Part shown: positions 18,012 to 28,036 of the stretch, piece after piece
How the letters are laid out: every line of letters starts with the position of its first letter
Numbering within the stretch: the first letter of the stretch is position 1
From: a virus
Lineage: Duplodnaviria > Caudoviricetes
Virus record (IMG/VR): IMGVR_UViG_3300033067_001732
Coordinates: 1-36,653 of that record
Length of the DNA stretch: 36,653 nucleotides
Reading direction: 5' to 3' (one strand)
Notes under the pieces: model-generated
Seen by the model: only the letters and a program-made list of their open reading frames with translations
Told to the model about the DNA's origin: nothing
The model's database searches: none
Position numbers and translations under genes: made by a program

Positions 18012-19961
18012 TTACTTTTTAAATCTTTTAGCAATTTCAGCTGCAATTCCGGTAGTATCGTATCCAATTGTTTTGGTTTCAATTACTTCAGATTCATTAA
18101 CCATAGCGATTTTTTCCATTACTGGAGCAGTTTCTCTAAGGTCTCGCGTTTGCCAAAAGTTTGCAACTTGGTAAGAAGTTTCTAATTTAACCATTTTAGC
18201 CTGTGCTAAAATTTGATTTCTTTTAGACTCTGATAATTTATTCCATGTTGCATGATATTCAGTTGGCATCATTGAAATAACCGGAAGAGTACTTGGAGTT
18301 TCAACAGCACCCATTAATGAGTTAGCCCATAATCCTAAAATTTGTCCTTCTGTTAAATAACCTTTACCTTCAATTGCATTTACAACTTTAGATTTTTCAT
18401 CAGCAGATAATGCGTTAAATTCATTTACTTTTTCTTCAGAGATAAATTTAAAGAATGTTGGTTCTTCACTTTTCTTTGCATTTACCTTTTCAACAATAGC
18501 TTCCAATTTAGATGCGATTGAGTTTTTATAAGCTTCCATTGCATCAACAGTAACTACTGCTTCTTTAATTTCTTCACCTTCAGCATCACCTTCACCCTTA
18601 AGTTCTAATTCAGCTTCTTTGTCTTCAACTTCTTCAGCATCATAAGTTTTACCATCAGCATCAACTACTTCAGGAGAAACGTCTTTAGTTTCATCTTCGA
18701 TTTCTTCAGCTGGAATACCTGCTTCAGTACCGTCGTTTGCTTCTTTAATTTCTTCACCTTCAGCATCACCTTCACCTGCAAGTTCTAATTCAGCTTCTTT
18801 GTCTTCAACTTCTTCAGCATCATAAGTTTTACCATCAGCATCAACTACTTCAGGAGAAACGTCTTTAGTTTCATCTTCGATTTCTTCAGCTGGAATACCC
18901 GCTTCATCTTCTAATACTAAGTTAGAGTTAACAGTCTCTGCAACATACTCAGCATATTCGGTAACTTTCTCTAAGTTCTCTCTTAAATATTCTGTATATT
19001 TAATTAAGTTATCATGTGATGTTACACCTTCATTATAAGATTCTGCTAAATAATTTGTGTAATTTTTAATTGCTTCAACGCTTTCAGCAATATGCTCTGA
19101 ATATTGAATTCCTTGATCCAATTTTTCTGCAAGACTTTCTGTATAAGAAATGCCTTGATCTGCCTTTTCAGCAACATGTTCAGAATATGCGATTGCCTCA
19201 TCTAATTTCTTAGCTAAATAATCTGTATATTCTTTTAATGTTTCTACTTGAGAATTTGTAGACTCAGCCTCTGTTAAAGAGTTCATACCTTCTTTAATAG
19301 ATTTGATTTCCTCAGAAAGATATTTAGAGTACTTATTAAAATCCTCAACCGTAATAAATTTTGACTCTGCCATTTTTGTTTCGTTTATATTTTCGATTGG
19401 TTGTTTTTCATCTGTATTATTTATCTCGTAAATAAATAGGTCATTTCCTTCATTAATAAATCCATAAGATTCATTAACTCTTTTTAATTCAGCGTTCTCA
19501 AACCCTGGGTCTGCAACTAAATCATATGTAAATAATTGTTTGATTTTTACAGTTCCGTTAGATTCAACAGCACCTGCAGCTCTACTTGAAATTTGTAATG
19601 GAACGCCAGCGTCAACGAGTGCTTTAGCCTGTCTTCCTGCGTCTGTATCTAATAGTCTGATACGTCCTTTAACCTGTTTTGTTTCTTTATCGTATGTAAG
19701 TTCCTCGATAATATGTGAAACATTTTTAAGAGATACATCAAAATTACTTGGGTGGTCTAATTCACCTAATAACTTTGAAGATTTAATTTTTGCCTGAAGA
19801 GCTTCAATTTGTGGTAAATATTCATTTTCAGTATAAATTCGGTTATTACGATTTTTCTTATCGATTTCTCCAAAGATACCCTCTAGAACGTAAGTTCCAC
19901 CATCTTGTTTAAACTCTAATTCCGTAGACGATCTTTCTAGGATCAGTAAGTTCTTAGTCAT
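18012..19961 (-). CDS. gp21: Prohead protease (gp21-like) fused to prohead core/scaffold (gp22-like)
   Basis: LEGIF..KNRNNRIY, LGELDHP, NVSHII, ISSRAAG and YDLVADPG protease motifs, then a coiled-coil/acidic region with 14-aa Y-x-E-x-L-A-E periodicity. Confidence 0.9.
   Translation of the reverse strand: MTKNLLILERSSTELEFKQDGGTYVLEGIFGEIDKKNRNNRIYTENEYLPQIEALQAKIKSSKLLGELDHPSNFDVSLKNVSHIIEELTYDKETKQVKGRIRLLDTDAGRQAKALVDAGVPLQISSRAAGAVESNGTVKIKQLFTYDLVADPGFENAELKRVNESYGFINEGNDLFIYEINNTDEKQPIENINETKMAESKFITVEDFNKYSKYLSEEIKSIKEGMNSLTEAESTNSQVETLKEYTDYLAKKLDEAIAYSEHVAEKADQGISYTESLAEKLDQGIQYSEHIAESVEAIKNYTNYLAESYNEGVTSHDNLIKYTEYLRENLEKVTEYAEYVAETVNSNLVLEDEAGIPAEEIEDETKDVSPEVVDADGKTYDAEEVEDKEAELELAGEGDAEGEEIKEANDGTEAGIPAEEIEDETKDVSPEVVDADGKTYDAEEVEDKEAELELKGEGDAEGEEIKEAVVTVDAMEAYKNSIASKLEAIVEKVNAKKSEEPTFFKFISEEKVNEFNALSADEKSKVVNAIEGKGYLTEGQILGLWANSLMGAVETPSTLPVISMMPTEYHATWNKLSESKRNQILAQAKMVKLETSYQVANFWQTRDLRETAPVMEKIAMVNESEVIETKTIGYDTTGIAAEIAKRFKK
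18558..18906 (+). repeat. Near-perfect 169-bp tandem duplication, period 180 bp (60 aa), in the scaffold region
   Basis: 18558-18726 versus 18738-18906, four mismatches by eye; EAGIPAEEIEDETKDVSPEVVDADGKTYDAEEVEDKEAELEL appears twice. Confidence 0.95.
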
Positions 19962-20021
19962 AATTATTATTTTATTATATTTCTATTATATATCACTTTA
20001 ATTTTATAAAAAATCAAAATT

Positions 20022-20363
20022 TTAAAGTCCTGCTAATGGATCTTCCTCTTTTCCACCCTCAGTTTCTTTTTCAGCTTCTTTTTCTAATTCAGCCTGTTCC
20101 TCTTGATATTCATTAAAAAATTTAACTAAAGTGAAAATGTCTTCCTCAGTAAAAGCATCATTTCCAAATTCATTATAGAAATATTCTTTAAATTCTTTTT
20201 CTGATTTTGAAGCCAAAATAGCTCCTAAAATTTCAGTTGATTTAACTTCTTTACCTGAATCCAGTGTAACGTCATCGATTACAACATCGGATTCTTGACC
20301 TGCATTGATAGCATCTTCTTGTAGGGAACCTGTAAATTCCTCAAATGTTTTAATTATTTTCAT
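20022..20363 (-). CDS. Acidic prohead core protein (gp67/gp68 position) with a capsid-targeting-like leader
   Basis: Between portal and protease; MKIIKTFEEFTGSLQE; highly acidic. Confidence 0.6.
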   Translation of the reverse strand: MKIIKTFEEFTGSLQEDAINAGQESDVVIDDVTLDSGKEVKSTEILGAILASKSEKEFKEYFYNEFGNDAFTEEDIFTLVKFFNEYQEEQAELEKEAEKETEGGKEEDPLAGL

Positions 20364-20384
20364 AATATATTTATCTTATTTTTA

Positions 20385-21983
20385 TTACATTCCCATCATC
20401 ATTGGATTTTCTGACTCTGGCTCTTCTGCTTTTTTGGCTGCTGCTCTTGCCTTATATGCCTCATTTGCTGCTTTGTCATCTGGTGATAATTTTAAATATC
20501 TATCAACTAGGAAGTCCATATCGAAATATGATGTTTCTTCCATTGTAATAGGATCTGTTTTAATTAATGAGTCTTTCATTGTACCAATAAAATCAAGTCT
20601 TTTTGACATGATTTCCATTGATTTAAGTTCAGCAAACATGTTTTCCTCGTTAAACTGAAGAGCTATTTGAGTTTTAAATCCCGGATCATCTTTAAATTCA
20701 GGGAATTTTAAACACATTTGTAACCATAATGGTTTAACTAATATCTCCTGAAATGAACTGCGTAAACGCTTAATAAACTTACCGAATTTGATTTCGTCTC
20801 TAATCATTCCATCTGCTTCCATCGCAAAATCACCACCACCATCTTCATACATGAATCTAGAGTATGGAATTTTAGAAACTGCTTTAAGTTTATCTGAGAA
20901 ATATTTTAATGATTCTGTGTCGCTTAATTCTGGTCCTTCGCCACCTAATGTTTCAATCTCAGGTTGCTCACCGTCCTTGCTAGGTAACCAATATTCCTTA
21001 TTGAATTGTAACATTGGTTTTCCATTTGTTGTCAGAGAGGCACTGTCCCAATCAAAATCTACAACTTCTTTATAGTTACTCATTAATTGAGAAAGAGATT
21101 GTTTTGCTCTTGTTTTAGATTTACCTCCAACTGGAATAATAAATTTCATTCTATAAGATGAATTGGTAACAGCCCAAATAACTCTGGTATGTTCCATGAT
21201 TCTCATTAAGTTGAATGCTCGTACTAATCTTTCAAGGTAAGAAACTCTCGATGCAGTTGTAATCGACGAGTATGCAATGTATACGATTTGAGAGTCGTAT
21301 AATTTTCGCTCTTTTAATGGATCGTCTTTAAACTGAATCCACACTTTTTTACCATCTTCATGGTTATATCCTGGTACCAGTGTTATTGGGTCAATTTCTT
21401 TAAATCCAATAATTTCTGTCATTTCGGGATTGTAAATAATCTCAAATGATAAATATCCATCAATTAACCATTTTCTAAAGAAGTACCATGCTGATTGGTC
21501 TGATGCAAATCCAAAATATTGATAGATGTCTCTATACGCCTTATTAAGATATTTTTGAACTTCTTCAGAAACTTCCATTCCGATAATTTCAGGATTGGCT
21601 ATAAAGTTTTTATTATCATATACAATAGACTCATCGCATAAGATATCTAAGATGTCTTCAATTTCATCGTGTTGCGAAAATTTTCTAAGTTCATCTCTTT
21701 TACCTTTATATTGTTGGTCAAAGAATGGAATATTTTTACGCATTGTAGTATCAGCCATTGAAAGGGCTGCAAATGCGCCATACATGTCATCATTATCAAG
21801 ACCTAATGGATTCATCATTCCATATCCAAATGCATCCTCAACAGGACCAATTGCCTGTGATTGTCTTAATACTAAGTCATCGTAATACATACCGAAAGAA
21901 GATAACTTCTTTAGTGTATCACTTAAAACGAATGGTCTTTTGTTTGTACTCAATGGTCCATTTCTTTCTACGAATCCTGCCAT
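20385..21983 (-). CDS. gp20: Portal protein (gp20-like)
   Basis: FRKWLIDG, SYLERLVRAFNLMRIME, YWLPSKDG..EIETLGG, SKIPYSR and IRDEIKFGKFIKRLR. Confidence 0.95.
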   Translation of the reverse strand: MAGFVERNGPLSTNKRPFVLSDTLKKLSSFGMYYDDLVLRQSQAIGPVEDAFGYGMMNPLGLDNDDMYGAFAALSMADTTMRKNIPFFDQQYKGKRDELRKFSQHDEIEDILDILCDESIVYDNKNFIANPEIIGMEVSEEVQKYLNKAYRDIYQYFGFASDQSAWYFFRKWLIDGYLSFEIIYNPEMTEIIGFKEIDPITLVPGYNHEDGKKVWIQFKDDPLKERKLYDSQIVYIAYSSITTASRVSYLERLVRAFNLMRIMEHTRVIWAVTNSSYRMKFIIPVGGKSKTRAKQSLSQLMSNYKEVVDFDWDSASLTTNGKPMLQFNKEYWLPSKDGEQPEIETLGGEGPELSDTESLKYFSDKLKAVSKIPYSRFMYEDGGGDFAMEADGMIRDEIKFGKFIKRLRSSFQEILVKPLWLQMCLKFPEFKDDPGFKTQIALQFNEENMFAELKSMEIMSKRLDFIGTMKDSLIKTDPITMEETSYFDMDFLVDRYLKLSPDDKAANEAYKARAAAKKAEEPESENPMMMGM

Positions 21984-22004
21984 TATATTATAATATTATT
22001 TTAG

Positions 22005-22598
22005 TTATATATTCTTTTTTAAATAGTCCCTGTATTGCGCTCTTAATTTTAAGAAAGTGGTGCCATTTAATTCCATAAAATTACATAGTGCAATTTCTGG
22101 CCATTTTGAATAACTTACAACCGCTTGTCCAATTTTTCGGGTTGGTATATATTGTCGAAGTGCAAATTCACAACCAAATTTTTCCAGATATTTTTTCATA
22201 CCTTGATATGAAATTCTAAGTGGTCTTTCGTTTAGCGCATTAGATTTTTCTCCAGTTTTGACAAATCCAGCAGATCTTGTATATAAATCATCAAGTAATT
22301 TCTCTTTAACTGGAATTGGTAAAAGGTTTAAATTAACTCCAAAGTCATTATTTCCAGTTTGTTCAATTGCCAATACTACTGGGTTTTCATCAAACCATGG
22401 CAGTTCGTTTTCATATTTAGGTTCATATCTAAATACATAAATCTTACCTGCTTGAAATCGGTCTCTCGTTTTTTGAGCCTCAGTTATTTTTCTGCTTGAT
22501 ATTCCTTTCTGAAACCAATCCTCAGAAAATTTACTGGCCTTTATCTTGCCTCCATGTTCTTTAGTTAGTTCAGCTATTCTTTTTTTAATGTAACCCAT
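22005..22598 (-). CDS. gp2: DNA end protector protein (gp2-like)
   Basis: GKIYVFRYEPK..LPWFDENPVVL..FGVNLNLLP..ALRQY. Confidence 0.75.
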   Translation of the reverse strand: MGYIKKRIAELTKEHGGKIKASKFSEDWFQKGISSRKITEAQKTRDRFQAGKIYVFRYEPKYENELPWFDENPVVLAIEQTGNNDFGVNLNLLPIPVKEKLLDDLYTRSAGFVKTGEKSNALNERPLRISYQGMKKYLEKFGCEFALRQYIPTRKIGQAVVSYSKWPEIALCNFMELNGTTFLKLRAQYRDYLKKNI

Positions 22599-23073
22599 TT
22601 TTAATAGTATCTTCTGTTAATACAATAAATCTCCAACATCTGCTAGCAGCGTATTCCTTAGCTGCATTATATTTGTCCATGTTTTTAACGTATTGTTCGG
22701 CAAGAAACTTATAAGATTCAAGTGCCTTTTTAGACATTTTAGTAGGAGGTTGTGGTTTTTGTATTTGTGCCTTTGGTTTAATTTCAGCCAAAAATTCCTC
22801 TGTACTACCATCCGGCTTTAGTATTTTAAAATAGAAGTCTGGATGATATGTTCTTTGTTTATTTCCCTGTCTTGACCAATATTTAATTTCAACAGGTTCA
22901 CTAGACCATATCAATACCTTGTCATTAATATCGCACCATATCATAAATTTATATTCCCATGAACTTCTATATATAATAGGAGCAGGACCTGCATATTTTG
23001 CAGGGTTTTTAGGATTAAAATAACCTTGATTAAATCCTGAATTTTTGGTTGGTTTGATATTTTTAATTGACAT
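22585..23073 (-). CDS. gp4: Head completion nuclease (gp4-like, TnsA-type PD-(D/E)xK)
   Basis: FNPKNPAKY, IIYRSSWE, WSSE, YHPDFY, EIKP, FIVLTE. Confidence 0.9.
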   Translation of the reverse strand: MSIKNIKPTKNSGFNQGYFNPKNPAKYAGPAPIIYRSSWEYKFMIWCDINDKVLIWSSEPVEIKYWSRQGNKQRTYHPDFYFKILKPDGSTEEFLAEIKPKAQIQKPQPPTKMSKKALESYKFLAEQYVKNMDKYNAAKEYAASRCWRFIVLTEDTIKNGLH

Positions 23074-23450
23074 TATATAGAATAAATTCCTCCACCATCT
23101 TCTCCATCTGAACTTGAAGAACCGTTAATTGAAATTGTACCCTTATATTTTATAGGGTGAATTTTATTCCAACCTTTAGCGTATCCTCTCTTTGCTATTT
23201 CTGTGAAATACGCAAATGCGTTTGGATAGTCTGGATTGAAATTTTTCCAATATTTTAAAAGGTCTAATAATGCAAATTGAAGACAATCTTGTCTGTCGTC
23301 TGGATTTACATAAGACATTCTATTGATTGCTCTTTCTGCTAAAAGAATTAACATCTTTTCGGCAGTTGGTGTTAATTTTCCAATTTCCTTTGATTCAGAT
23401 ATTGCATTATGCAAATCTTTATTATTTAAATAGTTTTTGACTTTAGCCAC
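23073..23450 (-). CDS. gp55: Late-transcription sigma factor (gp55-like), short form
   Basis: NYLNNKDL, NFNPD..NAFAYFTEIAKRGY; GTG start. Confidence 0.85.
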   Translation of the reverse strand: MAKVKNYLNNKDLHNAISESKEIGKLTPTAEKMLILLAERAINRMSYVNPDDRQDCLQFALLDLLKYWKNFNPDYPNAFAYFTEIAKRGYAKGWNKIHPIKYKGTISINGSSSSDGEDGGGIYSI

Positions 23451-23476
23451 GTTTGGTTTATTTTAAATTACTAGAA

Positions 23477-23505
23477 ATTATATATATTTTATTTATTTTG
23501 TTTCA
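23477..23505 (-). promoter_or_regulatory. TGAAAC-N17-TATAAT promoter upstream of gp55
   Basis: Exact motif and spacing. Confidence 0.75.
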
Positions 23506-23543
23506 GCCAGGTCAATGTGGGTAATTCCTGGATAATTTTGCAT

Positions 23544-23571
23544 AAAAAAAGGGGCGCGTTGCGACCCTTTT
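23544..23571 (-). terminator. Intrinsic terminator
   Basis: AAAAGGGTCGC-AAC-GCGCCCCTTTTTTT on the minus strand. Confidence 0.75.
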
Positions 23572-23591
23572 AAATATCAGTATATTAATTG

Positions 23592-24353
23592 CTATGCATT
23601 TAGTGCTGTAATTTTATCTTCCCATGATTTAATTTCACCATTAAGTAATGATTCAGCTTCTTTAATTGCGTCGTCGTTTCTGTCAGATGTTGCTAATAAA
23701 CCTTTTTGGTCTTTTAAAAATGCTATCATTGATTCGTATGATTCAATCAACTTTGTATTTTCTGCCAATTGTTTTTCTTCTCCTTCTAACATTTCTACTA
23801 AAAACGAATGAGCAGATTCTCCAGTCTCTGCTGTAACAAATGATAATGCTTCGTTTGCTGAAGCTGCTTTAAAGAATTTTGAAATTCTAGTATCATTATT
23901 AAAACGTGCAACGTAAATTTCCTCGTTCATTTTAAATAAATCAACATTGATATTATTTCCTTTAAAAGAAGCTGCAAAATCTAGATTTACAAAATTTTCA
24001 AGTAATGATGGAAGAGATTCAAATAAATCCGCAGTAGCTTTTTCATTATATCTTACTAATCCAGATGCCAATACGTGATTTGAAAAAGTATTTCCTTCGA
24101 TTAACATTGTATTGTGTTGGAATTTACCCTCAGTCAAATTGTAAATGAATTTGCTTGGTCCATGGAACCATTTAATAGAATCATTAGAAAATTCAAAAGA
24201 TTCAAATGCTCTAATAGCATCCATTAATGTTGAGTTAGTTAAAACTTCAACCTCCTTAATTTCAGTTTCATTCATTTCGAAAACTCTTCCATTAATGTAA
24301 AATTGAAAAGATTCTTCTACTTTTGCGAATGGTGCAAGAATATTAGTTGTCAT
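23592..24353 (-). CDS. Hypothetical late protein
   Basis: 253-aa ORF with its own GATATATA motif and terminator; C-terminal coiled coil. Confidence 0.75.
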   Translation of the reverse strand: MTTNILAPFAKVEESFQFYINGRVFEMNETEIKEVEVLTNSTLMDAIRAFESFEFSNDSIKWFHGPSKFIYNLTEGKFQHNTMLIEGNTFSNHVLASGLVRYNEKATADLFESLPSLLENFVNLDFAASFKGNNINVDLFKMNEEIYVARFNNDTRISKFFKAASANEALSFVTAETGESAHSFLVEMLEGEEKQLAENTKLIESYESMIAFLKDQKGLLATSDRNDDAIKEAESLLNGEIKSWEDKITALNA

Positions 24354-24408
24354 ATTTTATTTTATTTTATTTCTTTTATTATATATCACTTATTTTTAAT
24401 AGATTTCT

Positions 24409-25230
24409 TTATCTATTATCTTTGTCTGTTTCATCTATAATTCTTTCGTTTGCCTGTGGCGCTATCACGTTTGAAATGTTTGTCTTAATTCTAAACATTC
24501 TATTTCCAACATGCCTTTCGGTTGATTCTCTGTTTGTTCCAAAACTTTCGTCATTACCCCAATTAAATGATGGGATAAAAGAGTTAACCTCAATTGGAAA
24601 TGTAACCTTATATTGTTCTTTATCCTCAAACGTAAAATCTAAAGGTCTCTCTTGTGTATAATCTTCTGGAAATGCATAATATGAAGCAATTCTGTACGTA
24701 CCCTCATTAAGATGCCCAACTTCAACATTAAAATAATTTGATTTATAAAGCCTTTTAATTATTGATTCGGTTAACTTAAATGAATCAAGTGTTGAAGATA
24801 CAAGAATTTCAATATCAAAACCCATTGTGATTGGAATCATGTCAAATTCTGCAGTATAGCCCTCCATTGCACCTTCATTATTCATTTTTGTATAAGAACC
24901 TACTGTTCTTTTATTAACAAGTTTAGATGAGTCAATTGATAGCGATGTTAGGTTTGCAATTCCTCTTGGAATAGAGTCATAGTTTCCATCCGCGAATGCC
25001 ATATCAGGTGAACACGTAGGTCCACTTGCAGTAGAGAATAAAAACTGATCTCTAAGAAATTGGTCATCTCCGCTTATTGAATAATAAAAGGGAACATCGA
25101 CAATGACTCTCTCATCATTTGAAAGTTGTCTATGAAAATATACTTTATTATTTAAGTCTGCAAGAAAACCAATGATAATGTGTCTTAATACGCTATCATC
25201 GGCATTAAACTTCTGATTATATGATGCCAT
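24409..25230 (-). CDS. gp15: Tail sheath stabiliser / tail terminator (gp15-like)
   Basis: LRHIIIGFLADLNNKVYFHR..VDVPFYY..IPRG..IPITMGFDIEI pattern. Confidence 0.65.
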   Translation of the reverse strand: MASYNQKFNADDSVLRHIIIGFLADLNNKVYFHRQLSNDERVIVDVPFYYSISGDDQFLRDQFLFSTASGPTCSPDMAFADGNYDSIPRGIANLTSLSIDSSKLVNKRTVGSYTKMNNEGAMEGYTAEFDMIPITMGFDIEILVSSTLDSFKLTESIIKRLYKSNYFNVEVGHLNEGTYRIASYYAFPEDYTQERPLDFTFEDKEQYKVTFPIEVNSFIPSFNWGNDESFGTNRESTERHVGNRMFRIKTNISNVIAPQANERIIDETDKDNR

Positions 25231-25242
25231 TTAGTATATATC

Positions 25243-26916
25243 TTAATCTATTTTAATTACATCAAATTTGGAAAATCCATTTTCTCTGTAGATTTGAACC
25301 TCTGCATCAAATATTTCACGAGGCAGTGGTGTATGGTTTATTACAAATGTATTTATCTTGCTTTCTTTAATAACCTGGCTTAAGATTTTTAAAATGTTAT
25401 GAATTCCATCTGCATCAACTGAACTTAACAATTCGTCTAAGAATAATAAATTAAGTTGTGGAAATCTTAGTTTTAATATTTTTATAATTGCAATAATAAT
25501 TATAAAGTCTGCCTTTTTACGCTCTCCTGTAGAAAGAGTCATTGGATTAATTTCCTCACCTAAATGATTAATAATACAATTAAACTTTTCATCAAATCTA
25601 ATATGAAAATGGAGGTGCATTGTTTGTACCATTGTTGCAATATTTGCATTAAGTCCTGGCAATATCGTTTTAATGGCAAGGTTTTTAACGCCGTCTTCAC
25701 CAAGTACCTCCTCAATCATTTCTAAAAAGACATATTCGTTTGATTTACCATCCTTTAGATTTTCTTTCTCCTTTTCTTGAGTTTCAAAATCTTTAATAAT
25801 TTGTTCAAGATGTGAAAAGTCTGCAGTACCTTGAATGGCTTCCTTAATTCTTAGCAACTCATTTTTAAAGTTTCTAATATTTGTACTTATTGTTGAAACT
25901 TTATCTCTAACTGCCCTATCCTTTTCTCTTAAGTCTGAAATTGAAGTTCTAATTGCAGCAACCTCTTCTGTTGCTTTTTCTAGTCTTTCAGGAATAGATT
26001 TTATTTCAGTAACAAGTTCATTCTTTCTTTCAGTATGAAAATCTCCACTAAGTTCACTTTCACAAGTTGGACACGTGTTATTTTCATATAGCTCTAACTT
26101 CTTTTTAAGTTCTGCTAATTTATATTTTAGTTCTGATTCTGTAGATTGCTTAGTCTGTAGGTCTGTGTTAAATGTACCTAAACTTTCAGATATTTTTGCC
26201 TGTGCATCTTCTAGTTTCTTTTTATTTTCATCATATCTAACTAATGAATCCTTAAGCTCTTGTATTTTTTGCTTGTCCTTTTCTTGACTTTCTGCCATTA
26301 ATACCTCAAGCTTTTCCTTTACTGACTCTACGTTTTCGTTGATTTGCGCAAGTTCTCTTGTAAATGAATCAATATCTCCCTTTAAAGATCTTCTCTCATC
26401 TTTAATTGCGGTTTGCATTTCGTTAATGATAGAGAAACCAAACATTTTATCAATAATTTGTCTTTTATCATTACTGCTCATTGTCAAGAAAGACTTAAAA
26501 TCATTTACAGATAAAATTATGATATTTTTAAATACATGATATGGAATTCCAAAAACTTCTTCCTCTAAATAATCTTGTACTGATTTTTTTCCAGCCTTAT
26601 CAAACTCAACGCCATTTAATAGGACCTTAAAAACACCAGGAGCAAGTCCTCTCTCAATAACAACATTAGTTGATTTGCATTGTAATTTAATTCTAACCCA
26701 AAGTTCCTTGTTGATTCTATTAGGCAAATCGGACATCTTAACTCCTTCAACTTTACCATATAGGGCGAAAACTATCGCATTTGCAATAGTTGTTTTGCCT
26801 TCTCCGTTTTTACCAAGTGTTAAAAATAGTTCAGATTTATCATCTTCAAATTCAATCTTTTGAATTTTGTTTCCATAGGAAGCAAAGTTTTTTAATTCTA
26901 TGCTTTGTATTTTCAT
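25243..26916 (-). CDS. gp46: Recombination ATPase, Rad50/SbcC-like (gp46)
   Basis: KNFASYGN, GKNGEGKTT, CPTC zinc hook, LSTGE signature, LLFLDE. Confidence 0.95.
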   Translation of the reverse strand: MKIQSIELKNFASYGNKIQKIEFEDDKSELFLTLGKNGEGKTTIANAIVFALYGKVEGVKMSDLPNRINKELWVRIKLQCKSTNVVIERGLAPGVFKVLLNGVEFDKAGKKSVQDYLEEEVFGIPYHVFKNIIILSVNDFKSFLTMSSNDKRQIIDKMFGFSIINEMQTAIKDERRSLKGDIDSFTRELAQINENVESVKEKLEVLMAESQEKDKQKIQELKDSLVRYDENKKKLEDAQAKISESLGTFNTDLQTKQSTESELKYKLAELKKKLELYENNTCPTCESELSGDFHTERKNELVTEIKSIPERLEKATEEVAAIRTSISDLREKDRAVRDKVSTISTNIRNFKNELLRIKEAIQGTADFSHLEQIIKDFETQEKEKENLKDGKSNEYVFLEMIEEVLGEDGVKNLAIKTILPGLNANIATMVQTMHLHFHIRFDEKFNCIINHLGEEINPMTLSTGERKKADFIIIIAIIKILKLRFPQLNLLFLDELLSSVDADGIHNILKILSQVIKESKINTFVINHTPLPREIFDAEVQIYRENGFSKFDVIKID

Positions 26917-26919
26917 AAA

Positions 26920-28032
26920 TTAATCCGTTTGATTATTATATGCGTGAAAGTCATGAAGTTTCTTTAACCTATCTTTGATTTGGTTTTTAGTATTTTCATC
27001 ATGGCTTAAGCTATCTACATAAATATTACATAAATGCAAAATGTTGTAGTTTTTATAGAGGTCTTCAATTTGTTCCATGTCGTACATATCACTGTCAATA
27101 TATGAATCTTGCTCATATATGTTTGGATCTATTTTACGACTAATTTTTTGTATCTTATTAATAAGTCTTGAAAGTGCTGAAGTGGTTGCAACATTAGAAG
27201 GAACAAACAAATCTACGTAATTATTTCTAATTTTTTCTTTAAACTCTCCTAGAGGTACATTGTATAACTGTGTTAAATAGAATTTAACAAACTTAGGAGA
27301 TATAGTATTTTCAAAGAAAGTTTCTTGCATGTCCTCTAAGTTAACCAGGTCAAACCCTTTAGTATTGTCCATATCGGATCTGGTTAATTCATAAGGAGTA
27401 CCTACCATTCTAAGCTTTCCTCGACGTTGTCTGTAGTGAATATGTCCAGAATAAACTGCAGTAAAATTATCATACGATTCACTATCAGTTCCATGATGAT
27501 TATCAACCTTATTATTTAATTTAATACCTCTTACCTCCGAGTGACAAAATACTATTTCTGCGTTTGAATGTTCTTTAAGAGTTTCGATTTCATGTGCGGT
27601 GTCTCTTCTCCATGGCATCAATAATATTTCTTTGCCTCCCCAATTAAATGTCTGAGGTTCTTTATAAATTGCAACATTTGGAATCCATTTTAATGCGTCA
27701 ATAGAACTAACATCATTACTCTTCTTTGCCCAAATATCATGATTACCACAGATTATATGTGTTGGTAAAATTTTACCAAGTCTTTCAAATAGGTCAACTG
27801 CATAATGAAGTACTTTAATATTGATACTTTGTCTATTATCAAAGGCATCACCGACTTGCACTAATATATCTCCATCTTGATAATTTTCAAGAATTGTTGG
27901 AATAAACTGGTTGTCATAGAAATCTTTTTGCATTTCTAACCATTCCAATGAATTTGACCTTACACCTAGGTGCATATCGCCAAGAATCCAAATTCTTTTT
28001 ACCGGTTTATCTAATATTGTATTGTCGATCAT
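26920..28032 (-). CDS. gp47: Recombination nuclease, Mre11/SbcD-like (gp47)
   Basis: GDMHLG, GDAFDNR, GNHD and SGHIH metallophosphoesterase motifs; adjacent to gp46. Confidence 0.95.
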   Translation of the reverse strand: MIDNTILDKPVKRIWILGDMHLGVRSNSLEWLEMQKDFYDNQFIPTILENYQDGDILVQVGDAFDNRQSINIKVLHYAVDLFERLGKILPTHIICGNHDIWAKKSNDVSSIDALKWIPNVAIYKEPQTFNWGGKEILLMPWRRDTAHEIETLKEHSNAEIVFCHSEVRGIKLNNKVDNHHGTDSESYDNFTAVYSGHIHYRQRRGKLRMVGTPYELTRSDMDNTKGFDLVNLEDMQETFFENTISPKFVKFYLTQLYNVPLGEFKEKIRNNYVDLFVPSNVATTSALSRLINKIQKISRKIDPNIYEQDSYIDSDMYDMEQIEDLYKNYNILHLCNIYVDSLSHDENTKNQIKDRLKKLHDFHAYNNQTD

Positions 28033-28036
28033 ATTG

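Noticed and set aside
22585-23073. TnsA-like transposon endonuclease
   Set aside because: Motifs and position next to gp2 and the portal fit the head completion protein gp4; no other transposon genes are present.
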